The notes under the pieces are model-generated. The model made no database searches, was not told where the DNA came from, and saw nothing but the letters and a program-made list of their open reading frames with translations. A program made the translations under genes and the position numbers. A stretch of 50,061 nt of DNA. Origin: Bacteroidales bacterium. Lineage in GTDB: Bacteria > Bacteroidota > Bacteroidia > Bacteroidales > Cfx3-03. This document shows, one piece after another, positions 39,159-49,477 of the stretch. The stretch lies in NCBI GenBank assembly GCA_023251485.1, contig JAHEYR010000003.1, positions 1 through 50,061 on the forward strand, given 5' to 3'. Each line of letters begins with the position of its first letter. Position 1 is the first letter of the stretch.

Positions 39159-39866
39159 ATGCAATACAAAAGAGTTTTACTCAAACTAAGTGGAGAAGCC
39201 CTAATGGGGAACCAACAATATGGCATCGACTCCACTCGTCTCAATGAATATGCAACAGAGATAAAATCTATTGTTGATCAAAATGTACAAGTTTCTATTG
39301 TTATTGGAGGAGGGAACATCTTCAGAGGACTGAAAGGAGCCACACAGGGCTTCGATCGGGTACAGGGTGACTATATGGGGATGCTGGCTACTGTGATCAA
39401 CAGCATGGCACTTCAAAGCGCATTAAACAATATAGGCATTGCCACACAATTACTTTCGGGTATTGCGATCGACCCTATTGCTGAATCGATGAGCAGAGGT
39501 CGTGCAAAAAAATATCTATCTGAAGGAAAGGTTGTTATTATTGCAGCCGGCACTGGAAATCCTTTCTTTACTACAGATACTGCCGGTGCTTTAAGAGCGA
39601 TAGAAATAGAAGCAGATGTGATTTTAAAAGGCACCCGTGTTGATGGAGTGTATACTGCTGACCCGGAAAAAGATCCGAATGCCACAAAGTTTGATGAAAT
39701 TACTTTTGACGAAGCTTATTCTAAAGGCTTAAATGTAATGGATCTAACCGCTTTCACACTATGTAAAGAAAATGTAATGCCTTTAATTGTTTTCGACATG
39801 AATAAAGCGGGCAACTTACTTAAAGTTGTTAACGGTGAAAAAGTGGGAACACTCGTTCGTGTTTAA
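39159..39866 (+). CDS. pyrH: UMP kinase
   Basis: LLKLSGEAL, GGGNIFRG, DYMGMLAT, GNPFFTTDT, VMDLTA. Confidence 0.98.
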   Translation: MQYKRVLLKLSGEALMGNQQYGIDSTRLNEYATEIKSIVDQNVQVSIVIGGGNIFRGLKGATQGFDRVQGDYMGMLATVINSMALQSALNNIGIATQLLSGIAIDPIAESMSRGRAKKYLSEGKVVIIAAGTGNPFFTTDTAGALRAIEIEADVILKGTRVDGVYTADPEKDPNATKFDEITFDEAYSKGLNVMDLTAFTLCKENVMPLIVFDMNKAGNLLKVVNGEKVGTLVRV

Positions 39867-39947
39867 TCTTTTTATTTCAATTTCATTTTTTTTGCGCATT
39901 TCGAAAATCCGATTATATTTGTAACAGAACAGCAAAGCACGAATAAT

Positions 39948-40511
39948 ATGACCGAAGAATCCAATTTTGTGATTGAAGAAACAACAGAAAGCATGGATAG
40001 CGCTATCCATCATTTTGAATTTGAACTTCATAAAATCAAGGCCGGAAAAGCCTCCCCCCAAATGCTCGAAGGAGTAAAAGTGGAATATTACGGAGCAAAT
40101 ACGCCTATCGACCAAATGTCGAATATCAGTACACCTGATGCACGACAAATTGTTATTCAACCATGGGATAGAAGCACGCTTCATTCTATTGAAAAAGCCA
40201 TCATCAATGCAAATCTTGGCTTTACGCCAAGTAATACAGGAGATGTTATCAGAATCAACCTTCCGCCACTTACAGAAGAACGAAGGAGAGAAATGGTGAA
40301 GAAAGCCAAAGCTGAAACTGAAGCGGCCAAAGTAGCTATTCGCAATATCAGAAGAAATGCCAATGAGTCAGCCAGAAAACTAGAGAAAGATGGCATTGCT
40401 GAAGATGAAATTAAAGAGCTGGAAAAAGATATCCAGGTTCTTACCGACCAATATATTGTTAAAGCTGATAAAATATTTGACGCTAAAGAAAAAGATATTT
40501 TGCATGTTTAA
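39948..40511 (+). CDS. frr: ribosome recycling factor
   Basis: IKAGKASP, VEYYG, IQPWD, PPLTEERR, IRNIRR; follows pyrH. Confidence 0.98.
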   Translation: MTEESNFVIEETTESMDSAIHHFEFELHKIKAGKASPQMLEGVKVEYYGANTPIDQMSNISTPDARQIVIQPWDRSTLHSIEKAIINANLGFTPSNTGDVIRINLPPLTEERRREMVKKAKAETEAAKVAIRNIRRNANESARKLEKDGIAEDEIKELEKDIQVLTDQYIVKADKIFDAKEKDILHV

Positions 40512-40532
40512 TCATGCAGATAACATCACTTT

Positions 40533-41588
40533 TCAAGGCCTTTCTTCATGAAGGGCCTTATTTTTTTTCGACAACCCTTCCGTACAGTTTTTGCAAATAT
40601 CAATTTGCTTTCTATTTGAATAAAGAGCGGTTCTGAATTCTCGATATGGAGAGTCGTTCCAAATTTGTTTAAAGCTATTATCAGCAAGGTTGCCCAACCG
40701 GTGATCTGCATCTTTATCAAAGCAGCAGGGAACAACCATCCCATCCCAAGTAACGACGCATCCACTCCACATCCTCCAACATCTATCAGGCAAAGCAGAA
40801 CGAATCTGCCAACTGCCATCAGGTGTTTGCTCATAACGTGAATATGCCGGATCGTCTATCATCAAATCACTCCCTTTTTCAAAGTCGTATATCTGAGCAC
40901 TCTTTATCTGAACTTCGTCCACTCCTACGGCTTTGCCATAAGCTTTTATCTCATCGATCTGATGCTTGTTATGTGCAAAAGCAATAAACTGAAGTATCAC
41001 ATAAGGCGTTGAAGCACCGGCCTCTCTTTTGGCAGTAATTAAATTATGCAGACCCTCCTTTACTTTTTCTACATCCCCCGAAATACGATATTTTCCATAG
41101 GTATCCTGATCCATTCCATCCAAAGAAACGATTAAACGACTGAGCCCTGACTTCACAGTCTGGCGAGCCTTCTCTACAGTTAGATAATGTCCATTCGTTG
41201 ACGTTGCGGTATAAATACCATTTTTATTGGCATACGCCACCAGCTCTAAAAACTGTGTATGTAAATAAGGTTCACCCTGGAAATACAGTGTCAGATAAAT
41301 CAAATGATCTTTTACCTGGTTGATTATATTCTGAAATAAATCGGGATTAATCCTCCCGGTCGGACGTGTAAATTTTCTCAACCCCGAAGGACATTCTTTG
41401 CAACGGAGATTGCAGAATGTCGTTACTTCTATCGACATCGAGAAAGGATATCCTTTGATTTTAGGTCGCTTTAGTATTTTGGAAACGAAATAAGAAAACG
41501 ATAATAGTACAAAATTATATAGTTTGAACGGTTTAACACAAGACAGAAAATGAAACCCATCTTTAACAAAAGAACGATAGTTAAGCAT
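40533..41588 (-). CDS. radical SAM protein with a SPASM/twitch domain
   Basis: CNLRCKEC motif; GEP; STNG; C-terminal CWRMW...PCCFD...ICKNC. Confidence 0.92.
   Translation of the reverse strand: MLNYRSFVKDGFHFLSCVKPFKLYNFVLLSFSYFVSKILKRPKIKGYPFSMSIEVTTFCNLRCKECPSGLRKFTRPTGRINPDLFQNIINQVKDHLIYLTLYFQGEPYLHTQFLELVAYANKNGIYTATSTNGHYLTVEKARQTVKSGLSRLIVSLDGMDQDTYGKYRISGDVEKVKEGLHNLITAKREAGASTPYVILQFIAFAHNKHQIDEIKAYGKAVGVDEVQIKSAQIYDFEKGSDLMIDDPAYSRYEQTPDGSWQIRSALPDRCWRMWSGCVVTWDGMVVPCCFDKDADHRLGNLADNSFKQIWNDSPYREFRTALYSNRKQIDICKNCTEGLSKKNKALHEERP
40535..40568 (+). terminator. terminator after frr, overlapping the 3' end of the convergent radical SAM gene
   Basis: AAGGCCTTTC-ttcat-GAAGGGCCTT followed by A and T8. 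Confidence 0.7.
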
Positions 41589-41592
41589 TAAT

Positions 41593-42687
41593 TTATAGAT
41601 TTTGTGTTAGTTTCTGCACCACCCTGAATTTCAAAAAGAATTGCTTTGCAATCACCCTAATGACAGTATAAGTAGGTATCGCTAAAACCATTCCGGGCAC
41701 TCCGGCTAAACTACCAGCCATAAGCACCACAAAAAAGATCTCCAATGGATGAGCTTTAACTCTATTCGAAAAGACAAAAGGTTGAATCACAAAATTATCA
41801 ACCATATTAGCGGCCGAGAACACACAAACAATGGTGATAGCCATGGGTATAATATCATTGTAATTTCCAGCCGACATAATAGATGAAACACCTATTAAAA
41901 TACCAATAATTGCACCAATCAAAGGGCCCACATATGGAATAATATTCATCAACCCGCCAAAACATCCTATTAACAATGCATTAGGAACCTTAAAGATGGA
42001 TAAGCCGATTACCTCCAACGACATCATTGTGAGTAATTGAATACAGATTCCGGAAAAATAACGTGATAACAAGATATTTGATTCATGCAGGACATTCGAA
42101 ATCCGTTCATCATATTTTTGTGGTAGAAGTAACAAAATAATATTTGTAAAAAGCTTGTCTTCTTTTAGGAAAAAGAAAGAGATAAAAACGACGGAGAAGA
42201 GACCTATGATCATATTAGAAGCAAAATTCACGATACTTCCTAATAAGTCAGTAACAGAAGAAAAGCTCACAATTTCTTTTGCTTTGCTGATTAATATTGC
42301 ATCCAGATTCTCTCTTTGACCTAAAATTCCATAATCATGTAGAAAGTTTTGTAGTCCAATATATCGTTGATGGAAATCTTTACTAATTACATTGACATCA
42401 ATAGCTGCCACAATACGAGCCTGTTGTAGTATCAGAGGGACAAATATAACAGCCAGTCCTATAATGGATCCAACAATAATAAGAAGCGCGATAGCAGTGC
42501 TCCATGAATGAGGTATCCTGATTTTTTTAAATCGTACTCCATCCAAAAACTTAACAATGGGTTTCCCTACTATTGAGATAACCACTGCAATAAGAGTATA
42601 GATAACCAAATTAGCGAAATACCACATCACGAAGAGCACTCCACAAACCGCCAACCCTCCAATAATATATTTTGTAATTTTTCCCAT
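41593..42687 (-). CDS. AI-2E family transporter (PerM-like)
   Basis: IIPYVGP; DNFVIQP; HPLEIF; GMVLAIP; start at 42687 or 42702. Confidence 0.9.
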   Translation of the reverse strand: MGKITKYIIGGLAVCGVLFVMWYFANLVIYTLIAVVISIVGKPIVKFLDGVRFKKIRIPHSWSTAIALLIIVGSIIGLAVIFVPLILQQARIVAAIDVNVISKDFHQRYIGLQNFLHDYGILGQRENLDAILISKAKEIVSFSSVTDLLGSIVNFASNMIIGLFSVVFISFFFLKEDKLFTNIILLLLPQKYDERISNVLHESNILLSRYFSGICIQLLTMMSLEVIGLSIFKVPNALLIGCFGGLMNIIPYVGPLIGAIIGILIGVSSIMSAGNYNDIIPMAITIVCVFSAANMVDNFVIQPFVFSNRVKAHPLEIFFVVLMAGSLAGVPGMVLAIPTYTVIRVIAKQFFLKFRVVQKLTQNL

Positions 42688-42767
42688 GAAATTTAATTTC
42701 ACTCAAAGTTAATAATGAAACAGAGAAAATCAACCAACAGACGAAGAAAATAGGAGCGCCTCTATAC

Positions 42768-42822
42768 AAAAAAAGAAAAAGCTGTCGTAGGAAAGATATA
42801 CCCGCAACAGCTTTTTCTTTTT
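42768..42822 (-). terminator. intrinsic terminator after metK
   Basis: AAAAGAAAAAGCTGT...ACAGCTTTTTCTTTTT inverted repeat. Confidence 0.8.
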
Positions 42823-42837
42823 GTAAACACCTTATTA

Positions 42838-44175
42838 TTAAAGAGCAAATGCTTTCTTGATATCTTCGACAGCATCCAACTCTTCCCATGAGAAGAATTT
42901 AACTTTTTTATAGTTTACAGAACGACCATTTTCCTGACGGGAAACAGTTTTATCATTAGAATAATAAACTTCAACCTCTTTCTCTTCAGGGGTCCTACCA
43001 AAGTGACCATATGCAGCTGTTGGAGAGAAAATCGGATCTTTCAACCCATAACGCTTAACAATGGCATAAGGCCTTAAATCGAATATTTTACCAACGATTT
43101 GAGAAATCTCGCCATCACTCATTACCTTACCTTCTGCATTTTTAACCTTGGCTGTTTTATAGGTATTTACATACAGACCAACAGGCTGAGCAACACCGAT
43201 AGCATAAGCTACCTGAACCAAAATTTCTGATGCCACACCTGCAGCAACCAAATTCTTTGCAATATGACGAGCAGCATAAGCAGCTGAACGGTCAACCTTT
43301 GAAGAATCTTTTCCTGAGAATGCGCCACCACCATGAGCACCTTTTCCACCATATGTATCAACGATAATCTTACGTCCGGTTAAACCCGTATCTCCATGAG
43401 GACCACCAATAACAAACTTACCCGTTGGATTGACAAACAAACGATAGTCATCACTGAATAGTTTCTTTATACGAGCGGGTAGATCTTTCTTAATTCTTGG
43501 AATCAGGATATCTGCAATATCTTTTGCAATTTTATCTTGCATCAGTTTTTCAGCGACCTTACCAGCCTCATAAGAATCATCGACAGGCTTGATAAAATCG
43601 TCATGTTGTGTAGAAACAACAATGGTATCAATACGAATCGGTTTACCATTATCAGCATATTCAATCGTAACCTGTGATTTTGCGTCCGGACGCAAATAGG
43701 TCATTTTCTTTCCTTCTCTACGGATGACAGCAAGCTCTTCTAACAACAGATGAGCCAACTCAATAGGCAAAGGCATATAGTTATCGGTTTCGTTTGTCGC
43801 ATAACCAAACATCATTCCCTGGTCACCGGCACCTTGTTCCTCTTCTGTTGCTCTTTCTACCCCTTGATTAATATCGCTGGATTGTTCATGAATGGTCGTA
43901 ATTACACCACATGAGCTATAATCAAATTGATATTCTGCTTTAGTATAGCCAATCTTTTGGATCGTTGCGCGAACTATTTTTTGGATATCAACATATCCAT
44001 TGGTTTTTACTTCACCGCTACAAACGGCTAAACCTGTTGTAACAAGCGTTTCGCAAGCTACTTTTGATTCACTATCCCAACGAAGAAACTCATCAAGTAA
44101 TGCATCTGAAATCTGATCGGCTACTTTGTCTGGATGTCCTTCTGATACTGACTCAGAAGTAAATAAATATCCCAT
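42838..44175 (-). CDS. metK: S-adenosylmethionine synthetase
   Basis: [43 protein letters not shown]. Confidence 0.99.
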   Translation of the reverse strand: MGYLFTSESVSEGHPDKVADQISDALLDEFLRWDSESKVACETLVTTGLAVCSGEVKTNGYVDIQKIVRATIQKIGYTKAEYQFDYSSCGVITTIHEQSSDINQGVERATEEEQGAGDQGMMFGYATNETDNYMPLPIELAHLLLEELAVIRREGKKMTYLRPDAKSQVTIEYADNGKPIRIDTIVVSTQHDDFIKPVDDSYEAGKVAEKLMQDKIAKDIADILIPRIKKDLPARIKKLFSDDYRLFVNPTGKFVIGGPHGDTGLTGRKIIVDTYGGKGAHGGGAFSGKDSSKVDRSAAYAARHIAKNLVAAGVASEILVQVAYAIGVAQPVGLYVNTYKTAKVKNAEGKVMSDGEISQIVGKIFDLRPYAIVKRYGLKDPIFSPTAAYGHFGRTPEEKEVEVYYSNDKTVSRQENGRSVNYKKVKFFSWEELDAVEDIKKAFAL

Positions 44176-44244
44176 CTTTAAAAGATATTATAAGGTTTAA
44201 AATAAATTAGAAGGGAAAATATGATTGTACAATAGGAAAAATGA

Positions 44245-44296
44245 ATTGTTTTAGCATTTTTTTCCGTGGTTGCAATCAATGAAATCTTTCCACAAC
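44245..44296 (-). ncRNA. SAM-II (long-loop type) riboswitch in the metK leader
   Basis: Minus strand GUUGUGGAAAGAUUUCAUUGAUUGCAACCACGGAAAAAAAUGCUAAAACAAU: P1 GUGG/CCAC, GAUUU, UUGCAA, GCUAAA, pseudoknot AUUG/CAAU. Confidence 0.85.
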
Positions 44297-44300
44297 GGTG

Positions 44301-44308
44301 CAAAATTA
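44301..44308 (-). promoter_or_regulatory. -7 promoter box for metK
   Basis: TAATTTTG on the minus strand, immediately 5' of the riboswitch. Confidence 0.65.
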
Positions 44309-44351
44309 CACATTTTTTTGTTTCACCATTATCAAAATCAAATCTAAATTA

Positions 44352-45260
44352 CTAAATAGTAAAATTCCGAAATATCTCTTCAAGCGTCTGATTTTCACGC
44401 TGCATCGACAACACCGTCCAGTTATGTTCGACAGAGAATCTAAATACTTCACCTCTAATATCAGCTTCAGCATTTGCTACAAGCTTAAAATGCAGGTCAT
44501 CTAAACGGATTACTTCAATAACACCAGGTATCGCTGATAATAACAACTCGTCAACTGGCATTTCAAATTCAAGCGTAATATAAACCTTTCCTTTTACGCG
44601 CGACGATAAGACAGCTGTATCTTCATCTGCTACAATTTTTCCGTGATTAATTATAATCACCCTCTTACAGAGTGCTTCTACTTCCTGCATGATATGTGTT
44701 GAAAGTATTACCGTTTTAGTCTGACCAATCTCCTGAATTAAATTTCGGATTTCTATAATCTGGTTGGGGTCGAGCCCGGAAGTTGGTTCATCAAGAATTA
44801 ATACTTGCGGATCGTGCATCAATGCCTGAGCCAAACCAACACGCTGCTTGTATCCTTTAGATAATTGTCCGATTTTTTTATGCGTTTCATTGGATAAACC
44901 GGTAAGTTTAACAAGATATTCAACTCTTTCAGATGCCGAATCGCCCATGTTATACAAGCCGGCGACAAATAGAAGAAACTCCTTCACATACATCTCCGGA
45001 TATAAAGGATTGTTCTCGGGGAGATATCCTATCATTTTTCGAACCGCAAGTGAGGACTGAATAACATCATGACCATAAACAGTTACCGCCCCCTCACTAG
45101 GAGGGAGAAAGCAAGCTATAATTTTCATAAGTGTCGATTTACCAGCCCCATTGGGACCTAATAGACCTGTAATTTGACCTGGGTTTATTGAAAGAGAGAT
45201 CTGATCTAATGCTTTCTGAGTACCATAAAACTTACTTAAGTTTTCGATTTTGATAGACAT
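44352..45260 (-). CDS. gldA: gliding-motility-associated ABC ATP-binding protein GldA
   Basis: MSIKIENLSKFYG, GPNGAGKST, GYLPENNPLY, LSKGYKQRVGLAQA, GLDPNQI; TACCTTTG box at 45286-45293. Confidence 0.85.
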   Translation of the reverse strand: MSIKIENLSKFYGTQKALDQISLSINPGQITGLLGPNGAGKSTLMKIIACFLPPSEGAVTVYGHDVIQSSLAVRKMIGYLPENNPLYPEMYVKEFLLFVAGLYNMGDSASERVEYLVKLTGLSNETHKKIGQLSKGYKQRVGLAQALMHDPQVLILDEPTSGLDPNQIIEIRNLIQEIGQTKTVILSTHIMQEVEALCKRVIIINHGKIVADEDTAVLSSRVKGKVYITLEFEMPVDELLLSAIPGVIEVIRLDDLHFKLVANAEADIRGEVFRFSVEHNWTVLSMQRENQTLEEIFRNFTI

Positions 45261-45401
45261 AAAGTTGATGGATTAATGTTGCATGCAAAGGTAGCAGCAA
45301 AAGCCTGATAAAACTTATTAATATATTAAAGAAAAAATTGCTAAGAGGCACAACTTTTGTATTTTCGCCACGTTTATGATAAGATATAAATTTCTATTAC
45401 T

Positions 45402-46871
45402 ATGAATCGAAATTCATTTGCAGGCTTTATTTTGCTTTCTGTGCTTTTGGTAGCAGGATTCCTTTCAGGATGTAAAAAAGACAAGATAAATAAACCCACC
45501 ACAGATCAAACTACAGTCACAAATGCCGATCTTTCTAAAGATACCATGTACTATCTTTTCAAGGACGAATATTATTATACACAGAATATTCCTGCATACG
45601 ATGTTGTGAATCCACGAGCTTGTGCAAATCTCGACTCATTGTTTAATAAAATGAGAAGATATCAGACAAGTCCTCTCGACCATTATAGCTATCGCGACCC
45701 TACCGGTTCTGTTGCCAGTGTAGTTGGACAGGGATTATCTCAGGGGGATTTTGGATTTGATGTATGGTGGAACAGTTTAACCGACCTCAGAGTAGTCGAT
45801 GTAATTAAAGGATCACCTGCCGATCTGTTGTTTGGCATAAAAAGAGGATGGCAGATTACATCAATAAATGATAATACAACAGTTACCTATGACGGAAGTC
45901 AGGTGAGTGGTACGTCGACCAATTTTAATCGTATTCTCAATGCTGTTTATTATAGCAATACTTCAAAATTTGTCTTTCTAAAACCTGATGGCACCAGTGT
46001 TACCGTGAATATTACCAGAGCGCCCTATACCATCAACCCCATCACGATGGATTCGGTTTATACTTATGGCTCAAGAAAAATAGGGTATATGGTATTTGGA
46101 ACATTTATTGATTTAGCCAAAATACAAACCCAAATTGATGCCACATTCAATAAATTTGAAAGTCAGAACATCACAGATCTTATTGTCGACTTACGCTATA
46201 ATGGAGGTGGTTCGGTAGAAACTTCAGAATATTTCGCGAATAAAATTGCGCCAAAAAATGTAGGAGCTGCAACAACTTTAATGTATAAGTACCTCTATAA
46301 TACAAACATGACCACCGGTAATTATAGTGCTTTTACATCGAAGACAAAAACGCCATATTCCGACATGCCTACCTATGCTGATCTGTTCAACTACTTCCCT
46401 AAAAACTACACCTCAACCTACTTCACAAAAAAGGGAAATATTGACATTCAAAATGTGGTATTTCTTGTAACAGCATCTACAGCATCGGCAAGCGAATTAT
46501 TGATTAACAACTTAACGCCTCATATGAATGTTTCTACTGTTGGCCAAACCACAGATGGTAAACCATTTGGATTTTTCCCAATAACCGTGGGCGGAATCGA
46601 CATGTATGTGATTAGTATGAAATCAGTTAACTCAGCTAATTATGGCGATTATTATAATGGAATGACTCCAACTGTTACCGTTCAGTATGAAGATTTCTCC
46701 AAGACCTATGGGCAGATCGACGAGCCTTTCCTCAGTCAAGCGTTGGTTAAACTAGGTGTTAAATCGGCACCCGTTATTCCTAAAGTTCAGCATGCATTTA
46801 TCAGTAAATTTGCCAACAGTAAATTCGATCATAGATTTAAGGGTATGATTGAAACCCGCTTAAAAAAGTAA
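45402..46871 (+). CDS. S41 family peptidase lipoprotein (PDZ + CPP-like)
   Basis: Lipobox LSGC; GSPA...GIKRG PDZ segment; DLRYNGGG; TASASE; GKP. Confidence 0.9.
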   Translation: MNRNSFAGFILLSVLLVAGFLSGCKKDKINKPTTDQTTVTNADLSKDTMYYLFKDEYYYTQNIPAYDVVNPRACANLDSLFNKMRRYQTSPLDHYSYRDPTGSVASVVGQGLSQGDFGFDVWWNSLTDLRVVDVIKGSPADLLFGIKRGWQITSINDNTTVTYDGSQVSGTSTNFNRILNAVYYSNTSKFVFLKPDGTSVTVNITRAPYTINPITMDSVYTYGSRKIGYMVFGTFIDLAKIQTQIDATFNKFESQNITDLIVDLRYNGGGSVETSEYFANKIAPKNVGAATTLMYKYLYNTNMTTGNYSAFTSKTKTPYSDMPTYADLFNYFPKNYTSTYFTKKGNIDIQNVVFLVTASTASASELLINNLTPHMNVSTVGQTTDGKPFGFFPITVGGIDMYVISMKSVNSANYGDYYNGMTPTVTVQYEDFSKTYGQIDEPFLSQALVKLGVKSAPVIPKVQHAFISKFANSKFDHRFKGMIETRLKK

Positions 46872-46901
46872 CCCTTCATATTTTTTCAACCCAACCTAAA
46901 C

Positions 46902-48542
46902 ATGAATTTCAAACTCATTATTGTATGGCTGTTTATCACAGCCATACATTTTTCTAATGTCACCGTTGCTCAAACATCTACAAATACCACCACTGCAAGT
47001 AAATATGAAAACTGGTATAATCTTGACCCAAGTTCAGATAATAAGTTTGGGATGAGTGTAGACAAGGCTTACAACGAACTTTTAAAGGACAAAAAATCCA
47101 AACCTATTATTGTTGCAATTATCGATAGTGGCGTTGATATCATGCACGAAGACTTACAAGGCAAGATATGGACCAACACAGCTGAAATACCCGGCAATGG
47201 CATAGATGACGACCACAATGGATATGTAGATGACGTACATGGTTGGAATTTTTTAGGTAATAAAAAAGGAGAAAACATACTCTATGAAAACTCAGAAATC
47301 TGTCGTCTTTATAAAAAGCTAGACCCTAAATATAAAGGCCTAACCCTTAACATGGTTAAGCCAGAAGACACCGCTGAATTCCACTATTATCAAAGAGTAA
47401 AAGCACGGTTTGACGAAGAATCGGATAAAGCAAAAAAAGAAGCCGATAAGCTTGCCACCTTTGCTGCCAATTATCAATATGCCGACAGCATTGTTTGTTC
47501 ATTTCTTAAAAAAAGTGAGTTTACGCTTGCTGAACTCAATGCATTAAATCCAGACACAGTGAAAAGTCTGAAGTTCTCAAAAGATCTTCTACTTTTTCTG
47601 TACAAGCAAAAAGGATTTAATAAAAGTGATTTTAAAGAATACTTACAACAGGTATTTGCAAAACACTACTGCCATTATAATTTAGCTTTTAATCCACGTG
47701 AGCTTGTAGGCGACAACCCGGAAGATATCACTGACACCATTTATGGGAATAACGATGTTATCGGTTTGCGGCCCGACCATGGAACCCATGTTGCGGGGAT
47801 TGTTGCTGCTAACAGAAATAATGGAATTGGAGTCAAAGGAGTAGCAGATAATGTTCAGATCATGGCATTACGGGTGGTTCCCGATGGAGATGAGCGCGAT
47901 AAAGATATCGCACTAGCCATCCGTTATGCTGTAAAAATGGGAGCCAAGGTTATCAATATGAGTTTTGGTAAAGAGTTTTCTCCACAAAAGAAGTTTGTTG
48001 ACGATGCTGTTAAGTTTGCAGAAGCAAAAGATGTATTAATTGTTCATGCTGCCGGAAATGATGGCAAAGATATTGACACTGCAGAGAACTATCCATCGAA
48101 TACGATGCTCGATAAGACGAGGATAATCTCAAACTGGATCACAGTGGGTGCATCATCGGAAGAGAAAAACAAAGACCTACCGGCCTCTTTCTCAAATTAC
48201 GGAAAGAAAGAAGTGGATGTATTTGCTCCGGGAGTTAGCATCTACAATCTAAAACCAGGCAATCAATATAAAGAGAACGATGGAACAAGTATGGCCTCAC
48301 CCATGGTTACAGGCGTAGCAGCATTGTTGCGTTCCTACTTTCCTCAGCTAACAGCGGCTCAAATAAAGACGTGCATCTGCAACTCAGTCGAAAAATATTC
48401 AAAGAAAGTATACCTTCCGGAAGAAGGATCAAAAAAGAAAACAAAAGTTCGTTTCTCTGAGCTTTCTGTTAGTGGTGGAGTAGTTAACGCTTATAATGCA
48501 GTAAAACTAGCGGAGAAGATGAGCAGCCCAACCAACAACTAA
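46902..48542 (+). CDS. S8 subtilisin-like serine peptidase
   Basis: Signal peptide; VAIIDSG; DHGTHVAG; HAAGN; GTSMASP. Confidence 0.94.
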   Translation: MNFKLIIVWLFITAIHFSNVTVAQTSTNTTTASKYENWYNLDPSSDNKFGMSVDKAYNELLKDKKSKPIIVAIIDSGVDIMHEDLQGKIWTNTAEIPGNGIDDDHNGYVDDVHGWNFLGNKKGENILYENSEICRLYKKLDPKYKGLTLNMVKPEDTAEFHYYQRVKARFDEESDKAKKEADKLATFAANYQYADSIVCSFLKKSEFTLAELNALNPDTVKSLKFSKDLLLFLYKQKGFNKSDFKEYLQQVFAKHYCHYNLAFNPRELVGDNPEDITDTIYGNNDVIGLRPDHGTHVAGIVAANRNNGIGVKGVADNVQIMALRVVPDGDERDKDIALAIRYAVKMGAKVINMSFGKEFSPQKKFVDDAVKFAEAKDVLIVHAAGNDGKDIDTAENYPSNTMLDKTRIISNWITVGASSEEKNKDLPASFSNYGKKEVDVFAPGVSIYNLKPGNQYKENDGTSMASPMVTGVAALLRSYFPQLTAAQIKTCICNSVEKYSKKVYLPEEGSKKKTKVRFSELSVSGGVVNAYNAVKLAEKMSSPTNN

Positions 48543-48638
48543 TACTTCTTCATATCACACTATATACAGTGAGATGCCTCAGAGATTATTTCTCGATACT
48601 TTTCACATGACAAAAACATGACTTAGTAGAGAGCATAA

Positions 48639-48710
48639 ACTAAGCCTATTCATATTCTAAACTGACCCTATCCTAAGCCTAATGTAGATTTGGCTTAGGA
48701 TAGGGTCAGT
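48639..48710. repeat. second palindromic array of 11-bp units (4 forward + 2 inverted); may also act as a terminator
   Basis: Forward units actaagcctat/tcatattctaa/actgaccctat/cctaagcctaa; 6-nt loop; inverted units tttggcttagg/atagggtcagt; 19-bp perfect stem 48661-48679 with 48692-48710. Confidence 0.8.
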
Positions 48711-48817
48711 ATCAAAAAAGAATAAGGTGATTTTAGCGTTGGAAGTAAATCATCTGAATGTCATCTTTAAAAGTTATCAACTTGATCTATTGCGATAACT
48801 AAGATTTAATCAATAGC

Positions 48818-49477
48818 TTAGAAGTACACCTCGGCATGGATGTTTTTAACTGAGACATCATTATCTTCCAGAATATTCCAAACCTCATCAATCATGCCAC
48901 TATTTCCACAAAGATAATAATGGGCTAAAGGATCTGGCCTATGTTTTTTCAGATAATCGGTAACCCGTCCAAAGAACTCGCTTCCTTTTTCTCCTGAAGT
49001 ACATTGCAGATATCTTCCCTTGACATAATGATTTCTCTCATAGCCCTCATCTAGTTTTCGCACGCCATGAAGTAATGTGTAGTTTATTTCCGGATAGCTC
49101 AATGCCATACTATGAAAAGGAGAAATTCCACTTCCACTTGCAATAAAGACATGTTTAGCATCAGGTTCTGAATTATCTAAATTAAAAAAGCCGAGAGGTC
49201 CCTGAATATATAATGGATCTCCACCCTTCAATTCAAAAAGTCGTCGCGAGACAGACCCTAGTTCAACGAGCTTCACCAACACCTCGAGATAATCAGCCTT
49301 TTCAGGACTATAAATAGAATATTCTCTTCGTTCAGGATTATTTTTTGTTCCAAGAATTAAATATTGCCCCGCTCTAAAAGAGATATCATTCTTCTCAAAG
49401 CGTAACACAAAGGTTGAATTTGTAAGTAAACGTATATCGATAACTTTAGATACCTGTTCTACAGTAGTTTTTTCCAT
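48818..49477 (-). CDS. FAD/NAD(P)-binding oxidoreductase (ferredoxin-NADP reductase-like)
   Basis: FRAGQY, RREYSI, GSVS, GPLGFF, IASGSGISPF, YLCG, EVYF. Confidence 0.9.
   Translation of the reverse strand: MEKTTVEQVSKVIDIRLLTNSTFVLRFEKNDISFRAGQYLILGTKNNPERREYSIYSPEKADYLEVLVKLVELGSVSRRLFELKGGDPLYIQGPLGFFNLDNSEPDAKHVFIASGSGISPFHSMALSYPEINYTLLHGVRKLDEGYERNHYVKGRYLQCTSGEKGSEFFGRVTDYLKKHRPDPLAHYYLCGNSGMIDEVWNILEDNDVSVKNIHAEVYF

Noticed and set aside
42838-44175. Insertions in MetK as a novelty or intein
   Set aside because: They are short, lack intein terminal motifs and fit the longer MetK typical of Bacteroidota.
37-47278. The many 60-131 aa ORFs overlapping larger genes (e.g. 479-730, 5537-5821, 11754-12149, 39816-40184, 40526-40834, 44298-44504)
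   Set aside because: They are antisense or off-frame shadows of well-supported genes and have no recognisable motifs.
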